From Octopus sinensis (lineage: Eukaryota): a DNA stretch of 64,000 nucleotides. Below the pieces are notes generated by a model. That model was not told where the DNA came from, did not search any database, and was given only the letters and a program-made list of their open reading frames with translations. Of this stretch, positions 39,499 to 53,070 are shown piece after piece. A program made the position numbers and the translations under genes. Numbering within the stretch: the stretch's first letter is position 1; each line of letters starts with the position of its first letter. The stretch is taken from contig NW_021833028.1 in the NCBI RefSeq assembly GCF_006345805.1, positions 1-64,000 of the forward strand. Direction: 5' to 3'.

Positions 39499-40300
39499 CA
39501 AAAAAATATCATTCCATCACCTTGAGGAAAATTATTTTCATTTATAAGCCACCAGGTAGAACCTGGAAGTTCCGAGTTCGTATTCATGAGACAATTGAAA
39601 TGCATTGAATCCAGAAACTTTTTTTCAATTTTTTCAATTAAATTTTTTGTCGGCTTTGGACAGATTGATTAAATTTAATTTGATATTCATAAGATTAGCA
39701 ATAATCTAAAGCAATCGGCTGATTTTATCATTAATAGTTAGTCTGTTGACCTTCTATTTTGTAATTAAGTTCTTAATGAAATTCACAATCAATAATGACA
39801 GCCTAAAAATTATGCACAAGAAAATATGGTCTACTGAATCAGAGATTTTCTTTACATTTATTCACGTCGTTTTAATGCTAATTAATCGTCTGTTCTCTGG
39901 CTCCCTGACACATTCTTATAGTGCTTAATTAGCAATTACTGACTAACGGGTATTCCCCAATATAGTCTGACATTTTTATAGACTTTGTAACAAGTTTGCA
40001 TAAATTAATACAAGTAATTGACTTGCGGTTATTTAGTGAATGCCAAGTTTTATTTTTCTGCGTGAATAAACCTTAATTCGAAAGTCAAGAAATCAGTAGT
40101 GGAAATTAATAAAGTATTAAATAATTTATTCAAAGAGGATTAGATTAATATTTTCTGACAGCTAAATATTCTGTTGTCAAATTTAAATACAGATTATGCA
40201 TTTAATTAAATGCTGGTTTATAAATACAACGAATATTAGACAACATCAAACGTTTTTAAACCAATAATAAATTAATAGTTAATCAGAAACTAAGCAGATC

Positions 40301-40740
40301 TCACTCCAGCTCGCTGATATCCACTCTCCTTCTCTTGGAAGAAGAGTCTACTTCCAGCTGCCTCTTACTCCCCACTACCACATCTGATTCAACCATTGCA
40401 TCTTCTTTAGCATTCATTGGGTCGTCTTCATTTTTGCATGCCATCTCCACATACCGGTTGGAAGCAGAAGCGTATTCTTCACCAGATACCTTCATTCCGT
40501 GCTTGTGTTCGATCATCATACTCTCGAGCGTTCTTTTCAGTACAACGGATTGGATGTATGTCCTCGTTCCTGCTTCAATAGATAGTTTCTTCATATAATT
40601 TTGAAGCATTTCGAGACAACTCCATCCCATGTCATAACCACAGGAATTATTTTTACTTGACAGCTATACAGAAGCGAAAGCTCACTTGCCAATAGGTCAT
40701 ACTTGTGACACTTTTCAACCTCCACTTGCTTGAGGCGATC
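40301..40740 (-). mobile_element. 3' fragment of an R4/Dong-like retrotransposon
   Basis: GTRTYIQSVVLKRTLESM, and YDLLASE in a broken frame; closely similar to the end of the 31.2 kb copy. Confidence 0.85.
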
Positions 40741-41199
40741 TTAGACAACATCATATTATAACTCATATTTAAAATTCAAATGCTATGAATAATTTGAAAG
40801 CATAATTCATTTCCTGTTTTCTTGGTATGAGAAATGTTAAATAACTTTATAAACCACACGGTGGCTCCATAATTATTTAAAAGAACAGAAATAACAGAGG
40901 GTGCCGTGTGGCATCATGTTTTTAACATTTTCCAATCTCGCTTGGTTTGTGACTTTAATTTAAATAAATGAGATTTAAAATTATAAAATAATGCCATATT
41001 CATAAACGCAAACGGCTTCCAATAAACAAGTAATTAATGTATAAATCAATATGAACAATTGATATTAAAGATCGATTATATATGTTTAATTAGATAAATA
41101 TAAAAACTAGACCAGTCAAGTTCTTATTTCTTAACAAAGTATGTATATATATACTAACAGTACAAAAGTAGTACTGTTCCGTTTCCATGACATTGGACA

Positions 41200-42651
41200 A
41201 TCGGCTATCGATCGGGAATGGTCGATACGCCAAAATGCAGTTTATTACGTCAAACGCATACTCATATTGTTTATTTCTGTAGAGTATCTACGTTTCATCT
41301 CTCTATTCCACTGTGGGCTGATTTTCTTGCGGTATGACGTAATGAAGGATAATTACCGCAGACATTAACCAACGCAATAATTTTATTCCCAGTCTAGAAA
41401 AATGCTTAAAAGAAAATGCAGCACAGAATCCGAAGTCAGTCTTCTTTGGTGTATTGTAGAGTTCTGCCAAAACTGCTCGAATGGAGAACATGGCAGACTA
41501 CAAATATATCCCACTCAACCAAGTCCTCCCCGATTATGACACTATAATGCACTCCAGGGATGATCACGATGGCTGTCCATTGGTTTGGTTGTGGCACTGT
41601 ATTGGCTATAAGCTGGCTGTGGGGGACGGAAAAACACACGGAATATTTCTTTCTTCCGCGTTCTTGCAATCAATTGTGGAGGAGATGGACTGCCTTCTTC
41701 CCGGTGTGCTGGAGTCCAAAAGTCGAAAACTTCAGGAATTAATTCAAAAAATAATTTCTTATAAACCCCAAGATGGTTAGGAATAAAAATAAATGTTAGT
41801 AGAAGACACGGAAGAAACGTCCCGAAAATCCTCGATGGACAGCATCGACATTATGAACAGCTGCCAAATCCGGTCGCAAGTCGAGCCTCAGTAATGCTCC
41901 TTTGGTTACCACAAAGAGACCAGTCGGGGAGTTCAGTCTACCGGAATGGCGACAATTTGCAGGACGAGCACTACGAGATAAAGTCCCGAATAACCAAAGG
42001 TAGTCACCCATGACGAATTTTAGAGTTTTCATTTATGAATTCGCAAGAAACAAAAGACGGTGAGGAGTACGGAATTGACACAACTTCCCAAGAAAACAGT
42101 CTCGGACGTAGCAGAAGAGGGTCCTGTGGAGGACAGAAGGAATATATGGCTCATATGCCCGCAAAATAGAAGCTCTCCAGCGAGCCAACATGGAGGATAT
42201 CAAAAACATACAGGAAGCCACATCCTTCAAACCCCCGAGCGGTATCTACGAGGACAACGGCGGTCAGGCAGACTGTTCTATGGAAGTGAGGACAGAAAAA
42301 AGTGAGGAAATCAAGATTCCTTTCCACCCACATGCTGACGCGTCTCGAAAGCCTCCGAGTGTCCATCAATACAACATGATGACCCCGGGACTTGTTCAGG
42401 CTATGCCGATGATGCACGCAGGTCCTCTGCAGTACTTCATCCAAGTCCCAGTCGCTCAGGGGGCCTTCCTAACACAGTCGGATATGGATAAGAGTCAGCA
42501 CTGTTGTGTTTATGTTTCATTTAAAGTGACAAAGTGCAGTCCGGGGAATACTTCTTTCCCATATCCTCAGATGCAGTTTCTCAACATCAACCCGTTTGTG
42601 AACCATTCCAACTTTGAGCCAAGCAGTAAAGCAGCCGGTCAGACCGAGTAG
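41200..42651 (+). CDS. Unidentified multi-exon gene (or two adjacent genes)
   Basis: Raised GC, chained ORFs 41481-41780 and 42190-42651, micro-intron-like GT-AG spacers and a P/Q/M-rich C-terminus; family not recognised. Confidence 0.5.
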
Positions 42652-42811
42652 TGTGATTGTAGATGCTTTTGATAAGTGTGAAAATGGAGTCATGTCGAAT
42701 TCGGGTGACTGACTTTATATCACTGCGAATCAAACTTTTTCGGTTTTAAATTTTCAAATAAATGGTTTATTTAAATCATACATTTTTGATTTGATACAAC
42801 GTTTCTTGTTA

Positions 42812-43027
42812 ATGCACAGGGCGATCAACCTCTACAGGAAATTATTAAAATATAGTCGGACATTACGATTTACTGACGCGGCGTATTTCCGAATGCGAAT
42901 TCGCCATGAATTTGTCATGTCCAGAAATATTCAGAATGACCAAACTCTACAAAATTTGTTCAAAGTAATTCTCAATTTAAAATTTCAGAAAGCCGAACGA
43001 ATTATACAAACCAAGTCAATAATATGA
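42812..43027 (+). CDS. LYR-motif protein similar to AltMiD51/L0R8F8 (mitoribosome assembly factor)
   Basis: MHRAINLYRKLLKYSRTLRFTDAAYFRMRIRHEF resembles (from recall) human [28 protein letters not shown]; 24-nt intron at 42965-42988. Confidence 0.8.
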   Translation: MHRAINLYRKLLKYSRTLRFTDAAYFRMRIRHEFVMSRNIQNDQTLQNLFKVILNLKFQKAERIIQTKSII

Positions 43028-43136
43028 TTTCTAACTTCTTTTCCTGCACGATATTCGTATTTTTGTAATAGTATGGGGATAAATGAAATTAGTGTTATTT
43101 TAGAAATTGATAAATAAAATTATTGTTATTTTAGAA

Positions 43137-43589
43137 TTAAATATTAATGCCATTCCTCCTATAAAAGGCTGCCTTGACATGGCCTATTCTCGCGTGCTTC
43201 CTCATGCCGCTCTCACCGGCCTTATCCAAATAGTGACCCATCAAAGAGGAACTACGACTGGGCACAGCTTTGGCCTGTTCCTGAAGGCTTCAGTTTGTAC
43301 GCAAACCTCCACATGCACTGTCAGGCCCAACATTTTGGCATGTCTTCTGTCACATCGATGTACTCGACTGTCGTAGACTTGACTGGGGGGACAGCAATCG
43401 GGCTTTTCCTCGTTCTAGAAAAGTGGACTTATGCTTGACTGCCTTTGGGGTATTATAGTATGTCATATTTGGAGGAATGAGCTGAGAACCCGCATAGTGG
43501 ACATGACAGAATGCTGAGAGTTCGCAAGGACGGCCTAACAAGTGAGTGGTCCCGAAGGTTGTCTCAACAACAAGAGAATCTGTCGACAT
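43137..43589 (-). CDS. CFAP90: Cilia- and flagella-associated protein 90 (C5orf49/DUF4541) homologue
   Basis: Spliced product LSAF...YYNTP...HRCDRRHAKMLGLTVHVEEQ...SSSLMG...RIGHVKAAFYRRNGI matches the recalled family pattern HRDDREHAKSLGLHVNEEEQ...SSVYG...HVQADFYRKNDI. Missed by the ORF track. Confidence 0.82.
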
Positions 43590-43712
43590 TAACTCTGACA
43601 ACAGTTTATTGATTTAAATAATAGATTATATTATTTTAAAATTTTCTATATAAATACAATAATCCATCATTTAAAACTTGATTAAAAATATAATTTTCAT
43701 AATTTTGTAATA

Positions 43713-46700
43713 GACAGACAAGACAAGACAAGTTTTATTTCTCAACAAACCCAAAAATTAATGTTAGGGAGAAAGCCAAGAGCAGAACAAGAGGCCAATT
43801 AATGTGGGTTTGATTTCATTGTATAGGGTCATTTTATGAGACACCACATTTCTCTTCTTCGCATATACCCAAAAGAAAAAATTACATCATAATTTCCATA
43901 AGTGACGTAACAAATCTTCTATCCTTTTGACTTTAACGTCATAAGCATCTTCGATTTTTGAATTTAAGTCCAATCCAAATGCCAATTTAATAGCAAATCT
44001 TCTGGTCTTTTCCAACTTTTTCACAAAAATGCTACTTTATTCGGACCTATACCATCTTTGATAGCCATATATCAAAAATGGCTCGATACATGTAGAATAC
44101 ACAAAAAGGAAAGTTTCAGGCTCCAAATGAAATCGAGTTAAGGATTTCAACATTCCTGTAGCTTTCTCTCTTCGTGTTTTGATATGATCCTTAAAAGATC
44201 CTCTTCGGTCTATCGATACTCCGAGATACTCCAATTTTCCAGAGTTTTTTATATCTCCTGTATTTACATATTCATCGATATTTTTCTTTTACTTGCAATT
44301 CATGTGACTGTTGATTTTTCTTTTGACAGAGTCAACCCATTGTTTTGTTTTCCATGAAATTTGTTTACTTATGCTTGAATCAAGCACAAGAATGTCATCA
44401 GCATAAATAATCATACGACTATTTATGCTCTCAGTTTTTGGTAACTCACTCATTACACAATTGAAGAGTAGCGGACTGAGAATTGATCCCTGCGGAACCC
44501 CTCTTCGTAATTCAATTTTCTTAGAAATTAAATTTCCAACACGTATATACGACCTCTTTCTTGAAAGAAAGTTTTCTATCCATAATAATGCGGTTCTCCT
44601 AATTCCTGCTTTTGATAATGTATCAAGAAGTCCGTAGTGCCAAACACTGTCAAAGGCCTTCGTTATATCCTAGCACGCTATTGTAAGAAATTCCTTTTTT
44701 CTCCTCGAACTATCAATTGCAGATCTTAGCTCTCTGAGACAATCTCTAGTCCCTTTTTTATGTCGAAAACCCAATTGATTGTCAGAGAGAAAATTATTAT
44801 CCTCAACAAGCCTTGAGAGACGATTGAAAACAATTTTCTCCATAATTTTCGAAATTGAGCAGATTAAGCTAATTGGCCTATACAGTAGACTATTCATTTA
44901 ACGAAAATGAAAATTGAGCATTCGTTTAATGAATTTAACGAAAAAAATTGTTTAATTAAAAATGTGTCATGTAATCGGTAATTTTAGGTTCCTTCTATTA
45001 AATTTTTGCCAATATATTTCTCAAATTTGTAATTAGGTGAATATGTTCACCAGATTCTTGCAAAAATATTTTTCAATATTTTCCAAATATTTAAGTGCAT
45101 CTGCATAACCAATGGGATTGTCATTTGTGCTATCTATTCTTCATGCTCATTTTCTTCCTCACATTGTATTGTATCAAGATACGCGTTTTCTTCGCAGACG
45201 ACAGGTGCACAGACAGGAAACTCAATCATAATTTCACTTTTATTATCTTTAATTGTAAGGTGATTTAAATTTAATACCTTTTTCGTCAGTGGATTCTTCA
45301 AGTATTTTTTCAACTATCTTCGCCCAATTATTTAATGCCTTGTTAAAGCAATTTTTGATAGTGTCCACTGTGACTTCGTTCAAGCCTCAATAATTAAAGG
45401 TAGCCCAAGATTATTCATATTAATATTTTTAAAACCATGAGGATTTTTGAATTTTCCGATTACCAACGGATGCTCTTTATCTCCTTCCATATTTGTGCAT
45501 AATAACAGTGTTATTCGTTCTTTAGAAAATTTTCCTGAAGCCCTTGATTCGGAGTCAAGAACTAATGTTTTTTTTGGATTACATTTGAAAAAAAGGGTAG
45601 TTTCATCGCAGTTGTAAAAATTTTTCGATCCATATTTTTTAACATGGCTGCAAAGCGTTTATATGAATCTATAAGCAAAACGGGATCCACTAATTGTTCT
45701 TCTCCAGAAATCGTGAGTGTTTTTATTTTATACTCTTCCTTAAAGCGTGAAATCCATGGGTGAGATGCTTTGAAATTTTCAATATAAAATCGTTGAGTAA
45801 TTTTGAGTGCCATTTCGCGTACCATTTCATTAGTTATGATGTGACTACAGAAACGTTTGTTCTGAATCCATGCATATAGTGGTTCATATATCTTATCAGT
45901 ACAACTTTTAAATGTAATATTCTTTTTTTGTTTGTGACGCCTTGATCCATACAATTGCATTTTCTTCAACGTTGAATTGATCACTCCAATAGGCATATTA
46001 AACCGCTGAGCCAAATTTTCTTGAGTAACATCAGGATTATTTTTCTTGAAATCAATAATTTCCAGTTTTTGTTGAATTTGATAAGTTTTTCTTTTTTTCT
46101 TCATATTGTTCACCCTTGCACACATGGTTTACTACAAAGAAATAGCGAGGAAAAATTATTTTAAAATTTTATCAAAAATTTTAATTTTCGTTATTTAAAT
46201 ATTCGTTAAATATATTTAAATATTCACTAATACAAAGAAAAAAAATTTTATTTTTGAATTTATCTAAGGAAAAACGTAAAAAATATTTTAACTTTCGTAA
46301 AATGAATATTTTCGTTAAATTTATTTTCGTTAAATGGATAGTCTACTGTAGCTATCTGCTTTTGACTTAGGCTTTCCTTTTTTCACGACCATACGTACAA
46401 TTGAACATGTCCAAAACTCCACGAAGAATTGTACAATATACAGTAATCCAACTAAAATCTGGTCCGCATTCTTGAAGATACTCATTGGGATAAAATCCCA
46501 TCCTGGTGCTTTATTTTTGTAACCTTTTATCGCAGTATTTATTTCTTCTTGTGTTATAGGTTGGCACAAAGGACTATTCAGTTTTGACGTTTCTCTTTAA
46601 TTACTTCTTGTATTTTGCACTTCTTGTGGAATAAAGGTGGTTGGATCAGTCTCTTGGATTCTGGACAATTGTTTACGTAATATATCCAGGATTTCTTCCT

Positions 46701-47000
46701 TCGGAATAGTAGAACCATCATCTGATTTCAGAGAAAGTTCTTCTTTTTTATTACTTGGCGAAACCATTCTTGCAAATAGTTTCCAGAATTTTGGATTCTG
46801 TCGATGTAGCTTTGAGCATTCCCTTTTCCATATTTTTCTTCATTCTTCTTTCCAACATCCATTATCTTCCTCTTTATTAACTTGATCTGGATTTTAAGTT
46901 CTTGTAATAATTCTTCATCTGGGTTTAATGCAGAACAATTCCAAGCATCTTTCTGTACAATTTGTTTATTTATAAGACCAAGTTGATTTATTTTGTCACA
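43713..47000 (-). mobile_element. Jockey-like LINE interrupted by a pogo/Tigger transposon
   Basis: ITQEEINTAI...KAPGWD, YRPISLICSISKIMEKIV, NQLGFRH, AFD, YADD and YLGV. The 3' end has AATAAA plus a (CTTGT)n tail near 43713-43740. Confidence 0.82.
44883..46348 (-). mobile_element. pogo/Tigger-family DNA transposon with a frameshifted CENP-B/DDE transposase
   Basis: TIRs CAGTAGACTAT(T/C)CATTTAACGAAAAT at both ends and a TA TSD. ORF 45562-46125 has the HTH region KLEIIDF...LAQRF, FKASHPWISRFK and IFTTAMKL (frameshifted YNCDET). Confidence 0.92.
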
Positions 47001-49159
47001 TCAATCTCTTCTTAGGGCCTAAGTTCACTGCACGGCATGTCGACGCGTAGTCAGGCTAAAACCGGTGACATCAATATTTAATTTTAATAAAAGATTTAGT
47101 ATTATCCCCTAAATGCAGATTCGCCAAATAATGTTCGGATTTTTATTCATAATTTTAATTTTTCTCAGCATCCATTTGAAGTCTTAAAATGGTTTAAGTC
47201 CCTGGCAAATGAACAGTTAAGCAAATTTTTTGAAGAGTTACAGAAACTGGATTATTCTGGTCCCTTAAACGCTAAAAAATATCTCTGAAAAATCCGATTT
47301 TATTTTTACTTTTACATAATGATGAGCAAAAAAATTGTTTTATGAAAAACAGTTCATTAGTAGTATTAGTCGAACTATTGTAGGGATTGAGAGGACTAAG
47401 TGAGAATTTTTAGTTTATGTTCAATAATGTCTATTTAAATTAAAATTTCACTTATTTTGAACGAAGCTTGCTTGAAGTGTAAGGAATCTGGACTTTCGAT
47501 CACCGATGATGTCTCAAGACAGAATTCTTGAGACGCAATACCATGAAAAGCAATTGCTGATGGCCTGAAGTGAGAGTTGAACCAACACCGTCCTGTCTGT
47601 TTGCTTTCTGGGGCACAACACGGGACGGCACATGGTCCAGAATCGGTGTTGCACAACGTCTGAGTCTCATCAGGGACTCCACTTGTCTAGTAGAGTAAGG
47701 AGATGGGTAATGTCAGTTGGATAAACCACAAATTGGACAGTCTCATTCGAGTTGGCTCTAAATTGTCGACTTTCCTCGTCAAATTGAAATGCTCGGAACT
47801 TTTTCTCAGCAATCAAATCGTCGAGTTTTTCAGTTTTTGCAGGAATGCCTTTTTGGAGCACGAAAAGAAGCAGTCTATGCACTCTCAGACTATAATAAGA
47901 ACTCCAATAAATCCCAACACAATTTATTCAACACGGCTGCCAGAATATTTCTCCAATTCAGTCTCAAAAAGTCAATTCAATCTTCAAACTTCTATTCCGC
48001 CTTCCAAATCGAGTCCTTCCCTCCAATTCCCAGATTTTTTTCTTTCATCGCGATATCGTCAAGTCTACGAGGGACTACTCCCAAACAATCGAGTCCGTCA
48101 AGTCACATTTATCCGGCCACGACTACGACATTAAAGTGAATTTGGCAGACTCACTCTTTAGATGTTTCCGATGGAGAAATTAAAACAAGAGTTCATTCCC
48201 TTCGAGGCAAAAAGGAATTTAGCTGCCAGTTTTGACGTGTTTTTGGGTTGATAAGGACATTGCCCTGTACGTGAGGAACTTAATTGGCTCAAAGTTCAGT
48301 GCTTCTGGGAGGTGATTCCATTTTAGAGTAATTGTTATAGAATTCCAATTCCAGTCGACATGTCTGCGCGTTCCAACATAAGCAGAGAGATTAAAAGAGC
48401 TTCTCGTTCGACATGTTGTATGATTCGTGCGGGATCCTCCACTTGGTAGGGGTTTGGACTCATTTGACATTAGTTCTGTTGTTGTGTCCAGTTTTGAGTT
48501 GAGTGTTGTGGAGAATATTGTCGAGGCTGTTAATCAACTGGGCAAAAGATTCTTGGCGGGTGGGGAAATATCAAAATTGTGAGTGTTAAGTTGGGCAAGT
48601 CGCCGCTTTTGCCGTTTTACATTGATGCCACTGATTTTGCTGGTTCTGTTGACAAAGCGGGTGGTGAACGAGTTGAGTTGGTTGTTGGGGAGTTGTCCAC
48701 GTTGTCTGACGGGTTGCTCGCAGTCTATTCTAACGGAGATGTCGAAATTGGCAATCAGGTAGCAAGAAGCAGAGATTGGGCGCTCCCAAAGACCCCAATA
48801 GGTCTTGACAGGTGGGGCGGTCCAGGACAGGAAAAGTGGTCTTTTGAGATGAAGGAGCGGTTTGTTTCAAAAATGAGTGTATGATGTTTCGAGCGAAGTT
48901 GTGGAAGCTGGACACAGAGGTACCTGTCGAATGATAGCTTTGAAAGGTGGACTGGTGACGGGGGAGAATCAAGAAGTTTGTTATTTTAAAGTATCCCGAT
49001 AGCACAAGATGAGATGTAATCATGAATTAGTTTCTTAACAGTTTTTCCATTGTTCGTTAAGAGTATTTTTGAGAGACATTTTCATTGATCGACCATAGTT
49101 GTGATAATGTCTTTTGTTTTTTAAAATAGAGATTTTACGGCATGTATGAGATAGTTTCT

Positions 49160-49790
49160 ATTTGGCAGCTCGTTCCCGACAAAGTACAGTACGCATTAAG
49201 AGGGAGTCTTGTTTTTGACCCCATTGCTTACATTACAAATGTGCCCAGGCCTCTGCGGCGCATGGCTCCAATTATTTCCATGCAGTTCATTCGGTACGCT
49301 TAGTGACGATGATTGTGTGAGAATCCGTGTTGCACAACGTCTGAGTCTTGACGTTTGTCAGGAACACAGATTCCGGCAGGCCTGCTCTCCGCCATGTTGC
49401 ACTTAACGACATAATAAGACGGGCCCTCGTGGGCAAGGAATTTCCATTACAACTGGAACCCATCCGGTAGTCCGGGAAGATGGCAGAATGCCCGGTGGAA
49501 TAACTATTTTCCCGTACTCCCAGGGAAAATCACTCGCATGGGATGCAACGTTTCTAGACACGTTTTCCAACTCCATGATTCTCCGGAATATTAATTCTCC
49601 CTGTTGGGTTGCTAATGCAGCAGAAAAGGTGAAGATATCTAAGTAAAACTTTTCCGTTTTGTCCCAATTTCGATAAAGACGTCGCGAGTAGCGGGATCCA
49701 AAACTGCGGAATTTCTTAAAGAAATTGGGGCGATGCTGACCAAACGAAGTAGGGACAGTCGCAAGGGATTCTGGGTTCAGCAACTTATTA
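49160..49790 (+). mobile_element. CRE-like REL retrotransposon fragment fused to a short R4/Dong-like piece
   Basis: From about 49245: GAWLQLFPCSSFGTLSDDDCVRIRVAQRL, RPDG, FPWEYGK and WDATFLDTF. Bases 49160-49248 match 59007-59097. Confidence 0.75.
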
Positions 49791-49949
49791 GAATTGCGAG
49801 AGAGGATTCTATGCGAGACAATCGGTTACTTTTTCCTCAACTTAGTATTCACTTTAAAAAGTTATCGTTAAATAAAAAAACTTATTTTAAATGAATATTT
49901 GAAAGAAAGATGAAACTAGTGAATTTGCATTTTCAATAAATAGACGAGT

Positions 49950-50450
49950 GACAAGAGACTTATGCAGAATTCACCAAAAATGACAGAATAAGGCAACTTT
50001 TTCTTAAGAATGACACACGTGATTCCCCAAAATAACCTATATGCATACAAACTGGTTAAAAGCTTCGGTATTTAGTAGTTGATTTAATACAATATAACGG
50101 TACTAAGTCATTTTTGCGGCATTCATATAAGGACAATTCGTATTTCAACTAAAGCTGTTGCTAAATCTTGTAAAAAGAAAGAATTTGCAGAAATATGACA
50201 AAGCAGAGGGTTGACAATTTTATCGAACTCTTAGAAATACTTACAAACTAACTTTGCGAACGAATTGAGTTGTTAGAAAAATTAGATACAGATAAATCTA
50301 TCTTTGATCTTTATAAATTTTTAAGATTGGTTACTTACAGTCCAATGGTTATCCTGTTGAACATATTTGGTTCATTTGGTCTGTAGGAAAAGCAGATGTT
50401 AAAAAAACCTTATTGACTAAAGAAAACAGTAAACCCACAATTTATTAACA
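49950..50450 (+). mobile_element. Highly decayed Tc1/IS630-like transposase remnant
   Basis: A YSPM..PVEHIW-like motif near 50335-50375 across a frameshift. Confidence 0.35.
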
Positions 50451-52249
50451 TTAAAAATATTTATCAAACTTCGTGGAACATTATCAATAAAAAAATATCG
50501 TCCTCAATTTTTAAAAAGTTTTGTTGAAAAAATTTAATCGTTCCTGATTTGTGTTTTCATTGCCCATAAATAAAGAAAATTACCGCCGACATTAGCTATA
50601 TAAGATATGAAATTTCAATAAATGATTTTTGTTACAGTTTTAGAAATTTATTAAAGTTTTTACATTAGCTTGAAACTATTATCATTTAGCATAGAAAATG
50701 GTATAAAAACCTCTCACGATTATTGAATATATTTTGGAAATTAATATTCCAAATATATCCTACAAAGTCTTTGCAAACACATATCAATTCCATTCTTTTC
50801 CTCCGCTGAAGCTTCACTCTTTTATCTGGTCAAACAGAAGAAGATCGATTAAGGGGATGTAGTGATACATTTTTGTGTTTTAAAAAAGAAGTAGCAATAA
50901 TACTCGCGCATAATTGTCTTGAATAAGAGGTTTATAAGAATTTATAAACAGGAAAATTAAAACAAATATGATTGTAAGCTCGATAGCACATCATCGACTT
51001 CTGTATAAATTTTCTGACCTTCATTGAACAAGTGAAAAATATGGGCATTCCGTAATTAATCGGGATACAAGATGGTATATTCAACTGGTTCTGATGCATA
51101 CGTTTATGCTTCGACGAAGTTTTTATTTTACAAAAATTTATAATTACCTGAGATAAAAATCAAACATTTTCTTTATTTGGCTATCCAAGATGCCAAAAAC
51201 TACGACATTGACACTGCTGACCGTTTTTAGTTCGTTTTTTTGTTTTAATGCATTAGCAATGTCTATATCAATAAATAAAGGAGCCCAAATGAAGCCTGGT
51301 AAATTTAACCCAAGGATGAAATGACATTTTATTTTTACTGGAATAATATGCGACATAAATACACATGGGGGACCGGTTACATTTACCTTAAAAAATCATA
51401 TCATTGATTAACTTTCAAAAAATAATCTATTATAACAAAATACTTCTCATGCGTACCGTCTGTGTCTCTGCTTTATCTCCACTCGATTATTTGATAAAAT
51501 GTTATTTATTTCAGTAGCTGAATAGAATGGAGACTCAAATTTATTCAGCTGCAAACAAGTGTTCGTTCAATATTTCTTTTTAGTTTGAATATTTATAATT
51601 ATACTTTACCTCAAACGATAAATTCGTATTTACTAGTGTGGACATTGATCGCCTTTTAGTAGACTGAGTTTTCATCAACCGAATTTAAATCAAATTTGTT
51701 ACTTTGTTAACTCAAATCTCATTGTCTTCAGGCGACAATTTCTTTTATTTCCAGATAAATTTGGACAATAGTTGTTGATTTAACTAATTTCCTCATCTGG
51801 TAGCAACAAAATCCGGTGATTGGCCAATCGAAGTGAACATTTCACGTCGTTTTTTTACTTTTTTTAATTTGCCTTTACGGAGGCTTTCAAAGTGTCAACA
51901 TCTCAACAGTTGAACTTGATTTGTAAACAAAACATGTGCAATAAATGTGATTTCACTTGAAAAAGATTATAAAACATTCTTAAAAAATTTCCAGTTACAA
52001 ATACTGAAATAGACAACTTGAGTCCAAAATTCTTCTTTTCGATGCAAGACGATTTCCTTAACCCGCAAGCACATAACCGATACTGTGAGTGTTTAATCGA
52101 TCTTTGTACAGGCGACAACATGTTCTCTGCAGAAAAACAAAACTATAAATCTTGTTCCATGTATTTGAGCTTTTGTAAACAACCATAAAACTACTTTTCC
52201 ATTAAAAATTAGACTAATAAAATACACTAGTCTGTCATTAATTTTACTA

Positions 52250-53000
52250 AGTTTTTTTGCAGTTAATCTCTTTGATACGAGTGAAAAATTTGTTTTTGAT
52301 GGCGAAGGATGTTATTATGACACATTTCCTATGAGCATAAACAACGTTATAATGCACATGTGTGACAAGCGAGACAATCTTATGAACCATCTTAGTCACC
52401 CCCTCTGTTATGAACGAGACCCCGTAAAGAATCCAGGTCATCACCGATAAGATCTTGCCAATAATGTTAAGAGTAAAGGAATTTCCCGGAGACGCTTTGG
52501 CCCATTTCCATGAGACCTTCTCTTTATTTTTATGTAACACAGTCTTCTGTCACGTTGAAATTGATTATATTATCTGTCGTTAAGCCGATGAGCCTGCTTT
52601 ATCTGACTCTCGATCATACGAGGATTGAGAGTAATCATAAAATGGTTGTTGAACGCTTCAACAAAAGACGCCATGCGTTTCGCGCAGACTCAAATGACAC
52701 AAGCTTATGATAAAAGGCATAAACGAGTGATAAATGACGGCTCTTCAATTTGTCAAAAGTTCCAATAATGTTAAAAATTGGCTTTTCTCCAAAAGTATTT
52801 GCCGACCCCTAAATAATTCTCCGATGACACTCAATAAATAGTTCGTTATAATAAACACGTATAAAACCAAATTTACTGAAATAAAACCATTTTGATATAT
52901 CCATCCCCTCCCCTGGACAGCACTTCCTCCACATTTGAACACTTTCCAGTGACGGCTTATCGTCTCTCGAGATGGTGAGGAAAAGACTGATTTTCTGGTT
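52250..53000 (+). mobile_element. Possible decayed piggyBac-like remnant
   Basis: Weak motifs GISRRRF, VERFNKR and HFPV in interrupted frames. Confidence 0.25.
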
Positions 53001-53070
53001 CAATAAATAAATGAAATACGGTGACCCTAATGAAATAATAAATCGGCGATTTAATTTATTTGTTAAAATT

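Noticed and set aside
43430-43441. GC-AG intron in CFAP90
   Set aside because: A GT donor three bases further in gives an in-frame 25-nt canonical intron.
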